Shown: positions 1-10,599, counted from the stretch's first letter. The stretch: DNA of 64,000 nucleotides from an uncultured Chloroflexia bacterium (GCA_963833225.1 CAWHXD010000019.1:416001-480000), one strand, 5' to 3'. The notes: generated by a model from the sequence alone, not told the origin. Numbers and translations are program-made.

Positions 1-979
1 CGGCACCGGCTACACCAGCACGGAGACGCGCGCCCGCGTGGAGGCGGCCATCAAGGAGCTGGGCTACGTGCCCAACGCCCTTGCCCGCCAACTGCGGTCG
101 AAGCGCACCAAGACCCTCGCTCTCGTGGTCTCGGACATCTCCAACCCGTTCTTCACCACGATCGCTCGCGGCGTCGAGGACGTCGCGATGGCCCACGGCT
201 TCTCGGTCATGTACGGCAACACCGACGAGTCCGAGGCCGAGGAGGAGCAGTACCTCCTGATGCTGGTCGAACGCCAGATCGACGGCATCCTCCTGGTGCC
301 CACCCGGAGCTCCGGCGAGTCGTTCCGGCTCCTGCGCACCCACCACGTGCCGGTCGTCGTCCTGGACCGCCGGATCGACGCCGGCGCCGTCGATACCGTG
401 CGCTGCGATTCCGAGGCCGGTGCCCACGCGCTCACGAGGCACCTGCTCGAGCTCGGCCACCGCGACATCGCCGTGCTGACCGGCCGCGAGACCATCTCGA
501 CCTCCGTCGACCGCGTGGCGGGCTGCCGGCGAGCCATGGAGGAGGCCGGGCTCGACCTGCCCGGCGAGCGCGTGCAGTATGGCGGCTACATGTTCGGGAA
601 GAGCCACCAGGCCGATGGCCACCGGATGGCGCAACGGGTCCTCGACGGCCTGGGCCTGCTGCCCACGGCCATGTTCTGTGCCAACAACTTCATCGCCTTC
701 GGGGCGATCCGGGCGCTGCGCGAGCGAGGCCTGCGGGTGCCCGACGACATGAGCATCGTCGCCTTCGACGATCTGCCGGCGGAATGGGTCAGCGAGCCCT
801 TCCTCACCTGTGCGGCCCAGCCCGCCTACGACATCGGGCACTGCGCCGCCGCGCGCCTCCTCGGCCACATCTCCGGCGAGCAGGTGCCCAGGGGCGAGTC
901 CGTCGTGCTCCCGTACGAGCTGATCATCCGGCGGTCCAGCGGACCGCCGCGAACCATCGACCTGGTCGCCACGGGCTGA
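1..979 (+). CDS. LacI-family transcriptional regulator (5'-truncated by window edge)
   Basis: Frame is open from the window start (GTGYTSTETRARVEAAIKELGYVPNALARQL). Hinge helix YxPNxxAR, SDISNPFF, and C-terminal VPDDMSIVAFDD...LIIRRS. Confidence 0.95.
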   Translation, partial: GTGYTSTETRARVEAAIKELGYVPNALARQLRSKRTKTLALVVSDISNPFFTTIARGVEDVAMAHGFSVMYGNTDESEAEEEQYLLMLVERQIDGILLVPTRSSGESFRLLRTHHVPVVVLDRRIDAGAVDTVRCDSEAGAHALTRHLLELGHRDIAVLTGRETISTSVDRVAGCRRAMEEAGLDLPGERVQYGGYMFGKSHQADGHRMAQRVLDGLGLLPTAMFCANNFIAFGAIRALRERGLRVPDDMSIVAFDDLPAEWVSEPFLTCAAQPAYDIGHCAAARLLGHISGEQVPRGESVVLPYELIIRRSSGPPRTIDLVATG

Positions 980-1012
980 CCGTGCTCGAACCCATGACGT
1001 AAAGGAGGCCCG

Positions 1013-1432
1013 ATGCTCAAGACCCGCCTGCTTCACCCGGAGATCCTCGCCGCGCTCGGCGAGGCCGGCCACGGCGCCCAGGTGCTGATCGCGGACGGCA
1101 ACTACCCGCTGGCCACGCGCTCCAACCCCGACGCCTACCGGGTGTTCCTCAATCTCGCGCCCGGCCAGCTCACCGTCACCGACGTCCTCGACGTCATCGC
1201 CGACGCGATCCCCATCGAGGCCGCCTGCGTGATGGGCCCCGACGATGACACGGAGCCGTCGATCTACGCGGACTTCCGACGGATCCTGCCGGACACGGAG
1301 CTCCAGCGGCTGGGCCGCTTCGAGTTCTACGACATGGCCAGGGGCCCGGACACGGCGCTCGCGATCGCCACCGGCGAGCAGCGCATCTACGCCAACATCC
1401 TGCTCACCATCGGGGTGGTGATGCCCGAGTAG
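1013..1432 (+). CDS. fucU: RbsD/FucU-family sugar mutarotase
   Basis: [28 protein letters not shown]; RFEFY; [29 protein letters not shown]; directly upstream of fucI. Confidence 0.9.
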   Translation: MLKTRLLHPEILAALGEAGHGAQVLIADGNYPLATRSNPDAYRVFLNLAPGQLTVTDVLDVIADAIPIEAACVMGPDDDTEPSIYADFRRILPDTELQRLGRFEFYDMARGPDTALAIATGEQRIYANILLTIGVVMPE

Positions 1433-1484
1433 GGCAGGGCAGGTTTCGTTCACACCGCGTCCCAGGAACAAGAGGACCACGACC

Positions 1485-3290
1485 ATGACCACCGTCAACA
1501 CGTCCGGCCGCTTCGTCGGGGACTGGCCCAGGATCGGTATCCGCCCCGCGGTCGACGGCCGCCAGCACGGCGTCCGTGAGTCGCTCGAGGAGCAGACCCG
1601 GAACATGGCGCTCCGGACGGCGGAGCTCATCCGCGCCAACCTGCGCTACCCGGACGGCACGCCCGTGGAGGTCGTGGTCCCCGACCACAACATCGGCGGC
1701 GTGTACGAGGCGGCCAAGGTTGCCGAGCTGTTCCGCAAGGAGGGCGTTGGCGTCTCGCTGACGATCACGCCCTGCTGGTGCTACGGCTCCGAGACGATGG
1801 ACATGGATCCCCTGACCCCCAAGGCCGTATGGGGCTTCAACGGCACCGAGCGCCCGGGCGCTGTGTACCTCGCGGCGGTCCTCGCCGCCCACACCCAGAA
1901 GGGGCTGCCGGCGTTCGGCATCTACGGCCGAGACGTCCAGGACGCCGGCGACGGCACGATCCCTGACGACGTGCAGGCGAAGATCCTGCGCTTTGCGCGG
2001 GCCGGCATGGCCGCCGCGATCCTGCGCGGCAAGTCGTACCTGAGCCTCGGTGGCGTGTCCATGGGCATCGCCGGCTCGATCGTGGACCAGCCGTTCTTCG
2101 AGAAGTACCTGGGCATGCGTGTCGAGGCCGTCGACATGTCCGAGATCTACCGCCGGCTCGAGGAGGGGATCTACGACCCGGTCGAGTTCGAGAAGGGTCT
2201 CGCCTGGGCCAGGGCCAACTGCCGCGAGGGTGTGGATCGCAACCCGGCCGACAAGGCCAAGACCCGCGAGGAGCTCGACCGCGACTGGGAGGTCGTGGTC
2301 AAGATGACCCTCATCGCGCGCGATCTCCTGGTGGGCAACCCGAGACTCGCCGAGCTCGGCTTCGGCGAGGAGGCGCTGGGCCGCAACGCGATCCTGGGCG
2401 GGTTCCAGGGTCAGCGGGCATGGACCGACCACAGCCCCAACGGCGACTTCATGGAGGCGATCCTCAACTCCAGCTTCGACTGGAACGGGATCCGCGCCCC
2501 GCACATGTTCGCGACCGAGAACGACTCGCTCAACGGCGCGACGATGCTGCTCTCCTACCTGCTGACCAACCGGGCCCAGATCTTCGCGGACGTCCGCACA
2601 TACTGGAGCGCGGAGGCCGTGGAGCGGGTGACCGGGCACAGGCTCGAGGGTCTCGCCGCGGGCGGCTTCATCCACCTCATCAACTCCGGCGCGGCGACGC
2701 TCGACGCCACCGGCGCGATGACGGACGCCGACGGCAAGCCGGCCATGAAGCCGTTCTGGGACATCACCGACGGCGACGTGAAGGCCGCGCTCGCGGCCAC
2801 GACCTGGTACCCGGCCAACCGCGGCTACTTCCGCGGCGGCGGCTTCTCCAGCCAGTTCGTGTCCAAGGGCGGGATGCCCGTCACCATGGCCCGCCTCAAC
2901 CTCGTGAGCGGGACCGGACCCGTGCTCCAGATCGCCGAGGGCTGGACCGTGGACCTGCCCACGGATGTCCACGACATCCTGGACCAGCGGACGGATCCCA
3001 CCTGGCCCACCCACTGGTTCGTGCCGCGGACCACGGGCGAGGGCGTCTTCCGCGATGTCTACACCGTGATGGCCAACTGGGCCGCGAACCACGGTGCGAT
3101 CAGCTACGGCCACATCGGTGCCGACCTGATCAGCCTGGCCTCGGTGCTCCGGATCCCGGTCCACATGCACAACGTGGCCGAGGAGGATCTCTTCCGACCC
3201 AGCGCGTGGGCCAACCTGGGCACGGCCGATCCGGAGGGCGCCGACTTCCGGGCCTGCGCCAGCTTCGGCCCGCTCTACGGTCGCAAGTAG
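1485..3290 (+). CDS. fucI: L-fucose isomerase
   Basis: 601 aa. [77 protein letters not shown]. Confidence 0.97.
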   Translation: MTTVNTSGRFVGDWPRIGIRPAVDGRQHGVRESLEEQTRNMALRTAELIRANLRYPDGTPVEVVVPDHNIGGVYEAAKVAELFRKEGVGVSLTITPCWCYGSETMDMDPLTPKAVWGFNGTERPGAVYLAAVLAAHTQKGLPAFGIYGRDVQDAGDGTIPDDVQAKILRFARAGMAAAILRGKSYLSLGGVSMGIAGSIVDQPFFEKYLGMRVEAVDMSEIYRRLEEGIYDPVEFEKGLAWARANCREGVDRNPADKAKTREELDRDWEVVVKMTLIARDLLVGNPRLAELGFGEEALGRNAILGGFQGQRAWTDHSPNGDFMEAILNSSFDWNGIRAPHMFATENDSLNGATMLLSYLLTNRAQIFADVRTYWSAEAVERVTGHRLEGLAAGGFIHLINSGAATLDATGAMTDADGKPAMKPFWDITDGDVKAALAATTWYPANRGYFRGGGFSSQFVSKGGMPVTMARLNLVSGTGPVLQIAEGWTVDLPTDVHDILDQRTDPTWPTHWFVPRTTGEGVFRDVYTVMANWAANHGAISYGHIGADLISLASVLRIPVHMHNVAEEDLFRPSAWANLGTADPEGADFRACASFGPLYGRK

Positions 3291-3313
3291 CCGCCCGCTC
3301 GCGTCAGCCTTGC

Positions 3314-3343
3314 CGGCCGTCCCGCTCTCGGGCGGGGCGGCCG
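3314..3343. terminator. GC-rich hairpin between convergent fucI and rhaM
   Basis: CGGCCGTCCCGC...GCGGGGCGGCCG inverted repeat; no U-tract. Confidence 0.45.
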
Positions 3344-3380
3344 ATGCCTGTCCGGGACGGTGCCCGCCGGCCTCGGTGCC

Positions 3381-3704
3381 TCAGTCCTGGTGGAACAGCT
3401 CGTCCATCGACGCCCACCATTCGCCCTCGGCGCGGTCGGCGAGCGGCTCCTGGAGCGGCTTGTTGACCGCCCACCACTCCTGGGTCGTGGGATCCTCGCC
3501 CATCCGGGCCATGTCTGCCTCGTAGTCCTCGCCGACGTACTCGAAGTAGCTGAACAGCCAGCCGCCGCGGTGGTAGATCGAGTAGTTGCGGATGTTGCAC
3601 TCGGTGATCTTGGCGAGCACCGCCGGCCACACCGCGGCGTGGAGCTCGCCGTACCGGGCAAGGTTCTCGGGGGGCATGCGCAGCACGCTGGCGTACCTGG
3701 TCAT
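3381..3704 (-). CDS. rhaM: L-rhamnose mutarotase family protein
   Basis: Y..LHAAVWPAVL..I..CNIRNYSIY....LFSYFEY, TQEWW, WWASMDELFHQD. ATG at 3704 follows GGAGG. Confidence 0.9.
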   Translation of the reverse strand: MTRYASVLRMPPENLARYGELHAAVWPAVLAKITECNIRNYSIYHRGGWLFSYFEYVGEDYEADMARMGEDPTTQEWWAVNKPLQEPLADRAEGEWWASMDELFHQD

Positions 3705-3785
3705 CCTGGTGCCTCCACGATGCATGGGTGGGGGATTGGCGCCCGGCGGGGAGGAGGTCCGCCGGGCGCCGTGATCGACGGAGAG

Positions 3786-4976
3786 CTATTCCGCCGGCAG
3801 ATGAAGCGGGTACGTCCCGTACTCGCGGACGAGCTTGACGATCTGGTCGTAGGTGTGACCCGACACGTCGCTCGCGACCGAGTGGTCGCTCATGAATACG
3901 TAGCCGCCGCCCTCGGCGGCGCGCAGCCGGTGGAGCACCTCGCGACGTACCTCGTCCGGATCGCCGCGCTCCCAGACGCGGATGTCGCTGTTGCCGCAGA
4001 ACGTGAGCCGATGGCCCAGCCGCTCGCGGAGCGTGACGACGTCGAGGTCCGCCTTGGCCTCGAGCGGGTTGTAGCCGTCGAGCCCGATCTCGATCATGTC
4101 CTCGAAGATCGCGTTGGCGTTGCCGCACCCGTGGTACATGACCAGCAGGCCGTGCTGGTGGGCCAGCTCGATGATCCGGGCGACCGTCGGCTTGTAGTAC
4201 TTGCGCCAGTAGGTGGGGCCCATGAACAGGCTCTTGCCGTAGGCGACGTCGCCCCAGATGACGAGCCCGTCCAGGAGGCCGTCCGCCGCCTCGATCTGGG
4301 CCTTGGCGATCTCGTAGCTGAACTCGCCGATGCGAAGCAGCTGCTCGCCGAACCGCTCCGGGAACTCGCCGGTCCACATCAGGGTGTTGAGCTGGCCCAG
4401 GAGGCGCGTGCAGATCTCGGACGCCTCCGTGACGCTGCCGAACACCGGGAAGTCCGGGTACAGCCCCTTGACGGTCTCCACCCACGGCGGGCTGTTGCGC
4501 TCGAAGCCATCGCCCACGCCGGCGATCTGGTTGTCGCCGGCCTCGAAGTAGCGGCGCCGGTCGGTCGGGTCGTCGAACTCGAACGCCTCCAGCTTCTCGA
4601 TCGTGTCCGTCTCCCAGCTCACCTGCTCGGGCATCGGCAGGTCGAAGCGCTTGCGGATCGTGGTCTCGAAGCCGGTCTTGACCACCACCTCCTCGTCGTC
4701 CTCGCGGATCGTCTCGAAGGCCCGGATGTGGGGATCCATGTTGGGGACGGTGGTGATGAAGTCGAGGTCGTAGTGGTAGTACGGATCGGCGTCGGCCGGC
4801 AGCCCCAGCTCCGTGCGCCACCGGTCACGGAACTGGCCCCAGAAGAAGTCCGTGATCGGGACGCGGTCCGCCTCCTGGTGCCCGAAGGTCTTCCGGATCC
4901 GGTCCAGCTTGGCCAGCGTCGAGGGCTTGCGGTCCGTGCCTCCGCCCCGTCCGTAGGTCTCGAACATGCCGGGCAT
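3786..4976 (-). CDS. Uroporphyrinogen decarboxylase/MtaA-fold protein (putative corrinoid methyltransferase)
   Basis: HQEADRVP, IWGDVAY...FMGP..WRKYYKP, MYHGCG (HxC Zn-type motif), GYNPLE, FCGN, GGGYVFMSDHSV. Confidence 0.85.
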   Translation of the reverse strand: MPGMFETYGRGGGTDRKPSTLAKLDRIRKTFGHQEADRVPITDFFWGQFRDRWRTELGLPADADPYYHYDLDFITTVPNMDPHIRAFETIREDDEEVVVKTGFETTIRKRFDLPMPEQVSWETDTIEKLEAFEFDDPTDRRRYFEAGDNQIAGVGDGFERNSPPWVETVKGLYPDFPVFGSVTEASEICTRLLGQLNTLMWTGEFPERFGEQLLRIGEFSYEIAKAQIEAADGLLDGLVIWGDVAYGKSLFMGPTYWRKYYKPTVARIIELAHQHGLLVMYHGCGNANAIFEDMIEIGLDGYNPLEAKADLDVVTLRERLGHRLTFCGNSDIRVWERGDPDEVRREVLHRLRAAEGGGYVFMSDHSVASDVSGHTYDQIVKLVREYGTYPLHLPAE

Positions 4977-4980
4977 CGGA

Positions 4981-5610
4981 TCAGCTCCCCGCCAACAGCT
5001 GCTTGGCCAGGTCCACCGCCGCACCCGCATCGGGAGCGAAGCCGTCGGCGCCGATCTGCTCGGCGAACTCGGGCGTGGTGGGCGCGCCACCGATCATCAC
5101 CTTGGCACCGACGTCGGCGGCCTTGATGGCCTCCACCACGGCCCGCATGTTGGGCATCGTGGTGGTCAGCAGGGCGCTGAGGCCGATCAGGCGGGCGTCG
5201 TGCTCGCGGGCGGCCTCGACGAACTTGGCGGCGGACACGTTCACCCCGAGGTCGATGACCTCGATCGCCGCTCCCTTGAGCATCATGCCGACCAGGTTCT
5301 TGCCGATGTCGTGGAGGTCGCCCTCGACGGTCCCGATCACCGCCGTGTGCTCGGGCCGGATCCCGGCCTCCACCAGGCTCGGCTCGAGGATGGCCGTGGC
5401 TTCCTTCATCGCCCTCGCGGCGATGAGCATCTCGGGGACGAAGATCTCGCCCTCCTGGAACTTGCGGCCGATGACCCCCATCGCCTCGGTCATCGCATCC
5501 AGGATCTCCTGGGCCGATACGCCCGCCGCCAGGGCCTCGGTTGTCAGCCGGGCCGCCGATGCCCGGTCGCCTGCCTCGATCGCCCTGCCCAGCTCGCCCA
5601 GGTCAGCCAT
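4981..5610 (-). CDS. Corrinoid (cobalamin-binding) protein, MtaC/MttC-like
   Basis: Cap domain IFVPEMLIAARAM; base-off motif GTVEGDLHDIGKNLV; GLSALLTTTM; MIGGAP; IGADG. Confidence 0.95.
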   Translation of the reverse strand: MADLGELGRAIEAGDRASAARLTTEALAAGVSAQEILDAMTEAMGVIGRKFQEGEIFVPEMLIAARAMKEATAILEPSLVEAGIRPEHTAVIGTVEGDLHDIGKNLVGMMLKGAAIEVIDLGVNVSAAKFVEAAREHDARLIGLSALLTTTMPNMRAVVEAIKAADVGAKVMIGGAPTTPEFAEQIGADGFAPDAGAAVDLAKQLLAGS

Positions 5611-5672
5611 GTCTGTGACTCCTCTCGATACCAGGGTCGCGGTGGCCGCTCGTGGCCCCGCTCGCCCCGGGG

Positions 5673-6995
5673 TTATGCCTTGGCCAGCCGCATGGCGACG
5701 TCGACCCACTCCCAGAGCCGTCGTGCGTCGTAGCGGATCGTGCTGACGTCCTTGAGGATCAGCTCCACCGGTGTCCCGGTGCGCCGGCACGCGTCGATCG
5801 TTGCCTGGAGCTCCTTCTCGACTGCCTCGGGCTCCCAGCTGTCCATCGCGAGGAGCGCCGGGTTGGGCTTGCGCGAGAACACGAAGTCGGGACCCATGCT
5901 CTCCGCGCCACGGTCCACGTTGACCCACGGGCACATCGAGATCTTCCGGACGTTGGGGATCTCCCGGATGATGTCGATCCGCCGGTCGAGCACGTCGCAG
6001 CAGCCGTAGTAGCCGAGCCCGAACCGCTCGTACCAGCGGACGGTGTACGGGATCTCGTACTCCTTGAACATCGCCGGCGAGGCGGAGGTGAAGACCTGCG
6101 CCATGCCCATCGTCCACAGGTCCTCGGCCCGCGGTCGCTCCGGGTCGAAGCCCTCGTGCGGCAGATCGTCGGTCCAGGCCGGCGTGCAGTGGACCGTGGA
6201 CATCGAGTGCCCGAGCAGGCCCTGCGCCTCCATCTGGTCGAGCATGCCGAGATACGCGGTCACCAGGCGGTCGATGATCCGGCGCGTATGGTCCGGGCGA
6301 TCCGCCATGTCGATCAGGATGGCCTCCGCGCCTCGCCAGAACTCGATGGTGTCCCAGAAGTTCGCCCCGCCCGCCAGCAGCTCCGTCGGCCAGTCGTGCA
6401 CCAGGGCCCGCGTCTCGGGCTGGGACTCGAGGCCGGGCCACTGGTTGGTGCTCGGCACCCAGCCCTGGAGACGGACGGGCAGCACGCCGTCGAAGATGTC
6501 GTGCGCCTGGGCCTCGATCCGGGCGGTCTCCTCGGCATCGAGCCAGACCTTCGGGGTCCGGATCTTGTCGGCGTCCGACTCGTTCGCGAGCTGGTCGATG
6601 AAGTGGTGGGAGACGATGTCGTTGCGGGCGTCGACGGCCTCGGTCTCCTCGACCATCTCGATCCCGAAGCCATCCAGGCGGAGGACCTTCGGGATGAGCA
6701 GCACCGGCTCGACCACCATGTCCGCGCGTATGTGCTCCCAGCGATACAGGGTGCGGCGAAGATCGATCTCGAGCCCGCGATTGAATGGGTCCGTGCACTG
6801 GTTGACCAGCATCGGATCATCGGCCAGCTCGTGCCAGGGCAGCTGGTCCAGCGCCACCATCGGGCGCTGCGGATGCAGGTCGTTGACCGCCTTCCAGAGC
6901 GAGATGGTCTCCTGCTGGACGGGCAGCGCCGCGATCTCGGCGACGCGGCTTCCGAGCTCCCGCAGGATCTCGCGGTCCCGGGCTACCCCGGCCAT
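5673..6995 (-). CDS. UroD/MetE-like TIM-barrel protein of unknown function (possible substrate-specific methyltransferase)
   Basis: DREILRELG.RVAEIAALPVQ, MAQVFTSASPAMFKEY, YYGCCD, RKISMCPWVN, VFSRKPNPA, ELILKDVST. Co-oriented with the corrinoid gene. Confidence 0.7.
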   Translation of the reverse strand: MAGVARDREILRELGSRVAEIAALPVQQETISLWKAVNDLHPQRPMVALDQLPWHELADDPMLVNQCTDPFNRGLEIDLRRTLYRWEHIRADMVVEPVLLIPKVLRLDGFGIEMVEETEAVDARNDIVSHHFIDQLANESDADKIRTPKVWLDAEETARIEAQAHDIFDGVLPVRLQGWVPSTNQWPGLESQPETRALVHDWPTELLAGGANFWDTIEFWRGAEAILIDMADRPDHTRRIIDRLVTAYLGMLDQMEAQGLLGHSMSTVHCTPAWTDDLPHEGFDPERPRAEDLWTMGMAQVFTSASPAMFKEYEIPYTVRWYERFGLGYYGCCDVLDRRIDIIREIPNVRKISMCPWVNVDRGAESMGPDFVFSRKPNPALLAMDSWEPEAVEKELQATIDACRRTGTPVELILKDVSTIRYDARRLWEWVDVAMRLAKA

Positions 6996-7256
6996 ATGCC
7001 ACTCCTCCAGGACGCCTGTATCGTCAACCCTGGGCCGCCGCGGGCCCGTCCGCGACACCTCAAGGGTGCAAGACTACCATAATCGGCCGTTGGTATATCG
7101 ATTTTTCGCGCCATTCGTGGCACCATTCAGGCACCGCGACGTGCGTGACCCGGGCGATCTCCGCACGAATGGGGAGGACATGAGCCAGACGCTGACAAGG
7201 CACCCGGATACGGTGAATGGAGGACCGATGGTTCGTCATGGGCCAGAAGTCACGCG

Positions 7257-7270
7257 TGATAGCGATCCCA
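7257..7270. promoter_or_regulatory. Putative LacI-type operator
   Basis: TGATAGCGATCCCA, 10/14 match to the palindrome at 27605. Lies in the divergent region upstream of larA. Confidence 0.45.
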
Positions 7271-7292
7271 GCCACTGCTCGCTGGCCGATCC

Positions 7293-8582
7293 ATGCCCGG
7301 CCACGAGGCCCGGGCTGTGACCCCGGCCACGGTCCGCCTCGCCTTTGGTCGAGATGGCCTCGAGATCGACGTGCCGGCCGGCGTGGACGTGCTCCTGCCA
7401 CGGGCCCGGGTACCGCTCGCCGACCCTGGGGCGGCGCTCCGGGCGGCGCTGGCCGCGCCGGCGACGGCCCATCCGCTGCCGGAGCTGGCGCCGATCGGCA
7501 GCACCGTGGCGGTGAGCGTCTGTGACGTCACGCGTCCGTTTCCATCGCGGGTGGTCCTCCCGGTGCTCCTCGATCAGCTCCCGGGCCGGCACGTGCGGCT
7601 GGTGATCGCCACCGGAAGTCATCGCGCGTGCACGGACCGGGAGCTCGAGGCGATGCTCGGACCCCGGGTTCTCGCCAGGTGCGAGGTGGTCCAGCATGAT
7701 GCGGATGACCCTGCCGCCCATGTCACGCTGGGAACGGTGCCCGGCTCGGATGTGCCGGCCCGCGTCGATCGCCGGTTCATCGAGGCGGATGTCCGGGTCA
7801 CGCTGGGATTCGTGGAGCCCCACTTCTTCGCGGGGTTCTCCGGCGGACCCAAGATGGTGGTTCCCGGCCTGGCCGGCATCGACACCATCCGCGAGCTGCA
7901 TTCGGTGGCCCGGATCGCCAGCCCCCACGCGACGTGGGGCGTGCTCGACGGCAACCCGGTCCATGATCCGATCCGGGCGATTGCCGCCCGCGCCGGCGTG
8001 GACTTCGCGCTCGACGTCGCGCTCGACGAGGGGAACCGGATCTCCGCCGTCTTCTCGGGGTCGCTGGAGGCCGAGCACCGCGAGGCATGCGCCGACGTCC
8101 GCCAGACGGCAATGGTCGGCGTCGCGGAGCCGTACGACGTCGTCGTCACGACCAACAGCGGGTATCCGCTGGACCAGAACCTCTACCAGTGCGTGAAGGG
8201 CCTCAAGGCCGCGGCGGGGATCGTGCGCGACGGTGGCACGATCATCCTGGCTGCGGCCTGCGAGGACGGGCTGCCAGCCCACGGCCGCTACGCGCACCTG
8301 CTGGCGAGCGCGCCCGGACCGGCCGAGTTCCTCGCGGCCCTCTCCCGAGGGGAGATCTCGGAGCGGGACCAGTGGCAGGTGCAGGTGCAGGCGGGGATCC
8401 AGGCGCGCGCTCGCGTCCTCGCCCACACGCCCGGCCTGGGCGCCGAGGATCTGCGGAGGGCGTGGCTTCAGGCGGCGGATGACGTGGCGGTCGCCCTGCG
8501 GGACGCCCTCGCGGTGGCCGGTCCGGGGGCGCGTGCGGCGATCCTGCCAGTCGGTCCCCAGACGATCGCGTATGTGACCTGA
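7293..8582 (+). CDS. larA: Nickel-pincer-dependent lactate racemase family protein (LarA/DUF2088)
   Basis: CDVTRP, IATGSHR, GFVEPHFFAGFSGGPK, PLDQNLYQCVKG. Start could be GTG at 7317. Confidence 0.9.
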   Translation: MPGHEARAVTPATVRLAFGRDGLEIDVPAGVDVLLPRARVPLADPGAALRAALAAPATAHPLPELAPIGSTVAVSVCDVTRPFPSRVVLPVLLDQLPGRHVRLVIATGSHRACTDRELEAMLGPRVLARCEVVQHDADDPAAHVTLGTVPGSDVPARVDRRFIEADVRVTLGFVEPHFFAGFSGGPKMVVPGLAGIDTIRELHSVARIASPHATWGVLDGNPVHDPIRAIAARAGVDFALDVALDEGNRISAVFSGSLEAEHREACADVRQTAMVGVAEPYDVVVTTNSGYPLDQNLYQCVKGLKAAAGIVRDGGTIILAAACEDGLPAHGRYAHLLASAPGPAEFLAALSRGEISERDQWQVQVQAGIQARARVLAHTPGLGAEDLRRAWLQAADDVAVALRDALAVAGPGARAAILPVGPQTIAYVT

Positions 8583-8592
8583 GCCCGTTCGT

Positions 8593-8621
8593 TTGACATG
8601 CCAACGTCCGCTGTCTACCGT
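8593..8621 (+). promoter_or_regulatory. Sigma70-type promoter, followed by LacI-like site GACAAACGTTGT
   Basis: TTGACA-17 bp-TACCGT, 30 bp upstream of the TTG start, which has an AGAGGAG RBS. Confidence 0.7.
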
Positions 8622-8650
8622 GGACAAACGTTGTTTCAGAGGAGCCGACC

Positions 8651-9520
8651 TTGACCGTCATCGACGCCCACCAGCACTTCTGGAACCCGAGCCGCGTCGC
8701 CTATGACTGGCTGGGACCGGATCTGGGCCCGATCAACCGGGCCATCGAGTTTGCGGACCTGGAGCCGCTGCTTGCGGCCACGGGCGTGGAACGCACGGTC
8801 CTCGTCCAGTCGGCGGACAACGCAGCCGACACCGACTTCATGTTCGAGATCGCGGCCGCGCACCCCGAGATCGCGGCCGTGGTCGGCTGGGTCCCACTCG
8901 ATGATCCGGTTGCCACGGCGGAGCGCCTCCCGGTGTTGCTCGCGAACCCGGTGTTCGCCGGGATCCGCAACCTGATCCATACGCAGCCCGATCCCGACTG
9001 GCTGCTGAGGCCCGACGTGGATGAGTCCCTGGGCCTCCTCGCTGCCCGGGACGTGCCGTTCGACGTCGTATCGGTCCTGCCCCGGCACCTGGAGCACGTC
9101 CCGACCCTGTCCGAGCGACACCCCGAGCTCCGGATGGTCATCGACCATCTCTCCAAGCCGCCCATCAAGGCCGCGAGCGACGAGCCCTGGCGGTCCCTCA
9201 TCGCTCGCGCGGCCGAGAACCCGCTCGTGTTCGCCAAGGTCTCGGGTCTGTACCCGTCCGTCGGCGACATGGCCGCCTGGACAGCGGACGACGTGCGGCC
9301 CTATCTGCACACGGCCCTCGAGCTGTTCGGCGCCAAGCGCCTCATGTTCGGTGGCGACTGGCCGATCTCGGTGCTGGCCGGTGGGTACGTGCGGGTGTGG
9401 GAGAACCTGAGCAGCCTGTTCGACGAGCTGTCGGCCGAAGACCGGGAAGCCATCCTGGGTGGGACCGCGGCGCAGTTCTATGGAATCCCGGCGGGCCGGC
9501 TCCCGGGAGGCGGCGCGTGA
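8651..9520 (+). CDS. Amidohydrolase_2 family sugar lactonase (L-fucono-1,5-lactonase-like)
   Basis: VIDAHQHFW, TVLVQS, VVGWVPL, VIDHLSKP, AKVSGL, FGAKRLMFGGDWP. Confidence 0.88.
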   Translation: MTVIDAHQHFWNPSRVAYDWLGPDLGPINRAIEFADLEPLLAATGVERTVLVQSADNAADTDFMFEIAAAHPEIAAVVGWVPLDDPVATAERLPVLLANPVFAGIRNLIHTQPDPDWLLRPDVDESLGLLAARDVPFDVVSVLPRHLEHVPTLSERHPELRMVIDHLSKPPIKAASDEPWRSLIARAAENPLVFAKVSGLYPSVGDMAAWTADDVRPYLHTALELFGAKRLMFGGDWPISVLAGGYVRVWENLSSLFDELSAEDREAILGGTAAQFYGIPAGRLPGGGA

Positions 9521-10599
9521 TCACGCGGTTTGATCCCGTCGCCGAGGCCTGCCGGATCGAGGTCCCCGACGCCCATCGACGGCCGATCGCCATCGTCGGC
9601 GCCGGCGCCATCGTGGACTTCGCGCACCTGCCGGCCTATCGCGCCGCCGGCCTCGAGGTTGCCGGGATCCACAACCACCATCCCGCGCGGGCCGTCGACG
9701 TGGCCGGCCGTCACGGTGTGCCGCGGGTCTACGAGACGCTCGAGGACCTGCTTGGCGACGACCGGGTCGAGGTGGTGGACGTCGCCGTGTCCGCGGCCGC
9801 CCAGCCCGAGATCGTGCGCCGGGCGCTCGAATCGGGGCGCCACGTGCTAGCCCAGAAGCCGTTCGCACCGGATCCGGCCACCGGCCAGGCGCTGGTGGAC
9901 CTCGCCGAGTCGCGCGGGCTGGTCCTGGTCGTGAACCAGCAGCTCCGCTTCGACGAGGGGATGGCCGCGGCCCACCGGATGGTCGAGCTGGGCTGGATCG
10001 GCGACGTCACCGCGATGTCGATCACGGTCAACATCTGGACGGACTGGCATTCCTGGCCATGGATGCTCGAGACACCCCGGCTGGAGGTGATGGTCCATTC
10101 GATCCACTATCACGACGTGATCCGCTGGTTCCTGGGCGAGCCGTCGCTCGTGTTCAGCGTCGGAGGCCGCACGCCGGGCCAGGCGCCCGTCGGGGAGACG
10201 CGGACCGTGACCACGTCCACCTATCCGTCCGGCGCGATCTCCGTGGTCCACGCCAACCACGAGAACGGCACCGGTGACAACCTCGCGACGTTCCGCATCG
10301 ATGGCTCGCGGGGTGCGATCCGGGGCACCCTGGGCCTGCTCTACGACTACCCCAGCGGGCGGCCGGACACCCTGGAGATCAGCAGCGAGGTGCTGCCGAC
10401 TGACGGCTGGGTCCCCTATCCGGTGGGCTCACGCTGGCTGCCCGACGCGTTCCTGGGGCCTATGGCGTCGCTGCTGCGGGCGGTCGCCACCGGGTCCACG
10501 CCCCGTTCCAGCGGCCGCGACAACGTGGGCACGCTGCGGCAGATCCAGCGGATCTACGAATCGATGGAGCGGGGAGCGGCGGTCCGGGTCGAGGGCTGA
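9517..10599 (+). CDS. Gfo/Idh/MocA family oxidoreductase
   Basis: IAIVGAGAI...HLPAY, HVLAQKPFA, VNQQLRF, HSIHYHD. GTGA overlap with the upstream stop. Confidence 0.9.
   Translation: MITRFDPVAEACRIEVPDAHRRPIAIVGAGAIVDFAHLPAYRAAGLEVAGIHNHHPARAVDVAGRHGVPRVYETLEDLLGDDRVEVVDVAVSAAAQPEIVRRALESGRHVLAQKPFAPDPATGQALVDLAESRGLVLVVNQQLRFDEGMAAAHRMVELGWIGDVTAMSITVNIWTDWHSWPWMLETPRLEVMVHSIHYHDVIRWFLGEPSLVFSVGGRTPGQAPVGETRTVTTSTYPSGAISVVHANHENGTGDNLATFRIDGSRGAIRGTLGLLYDYPSGRPDTLEISSEVLPTDGWVPYPVGSRWLPDAFLGPMASLLRAVATGSTPRSSGRDNVGTLRQIQRIYESMERGAAVRVEG

Noticed and set aside
4981-6798. 605-aa ORF suggesting a long N-terminal extension on the corrinoid protein
   Set aside because: The extension is an off-frame read of the upstream gene; the real start is ATG 5610 after GAGGAG.
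6996-7292. Cobalamin riboswitch upstream of the corrinoid operon
   Set aside because: No recognisable B12-box or GGGAA...GCCCCCGCAACTGT core; only a partial GCCACTG match.
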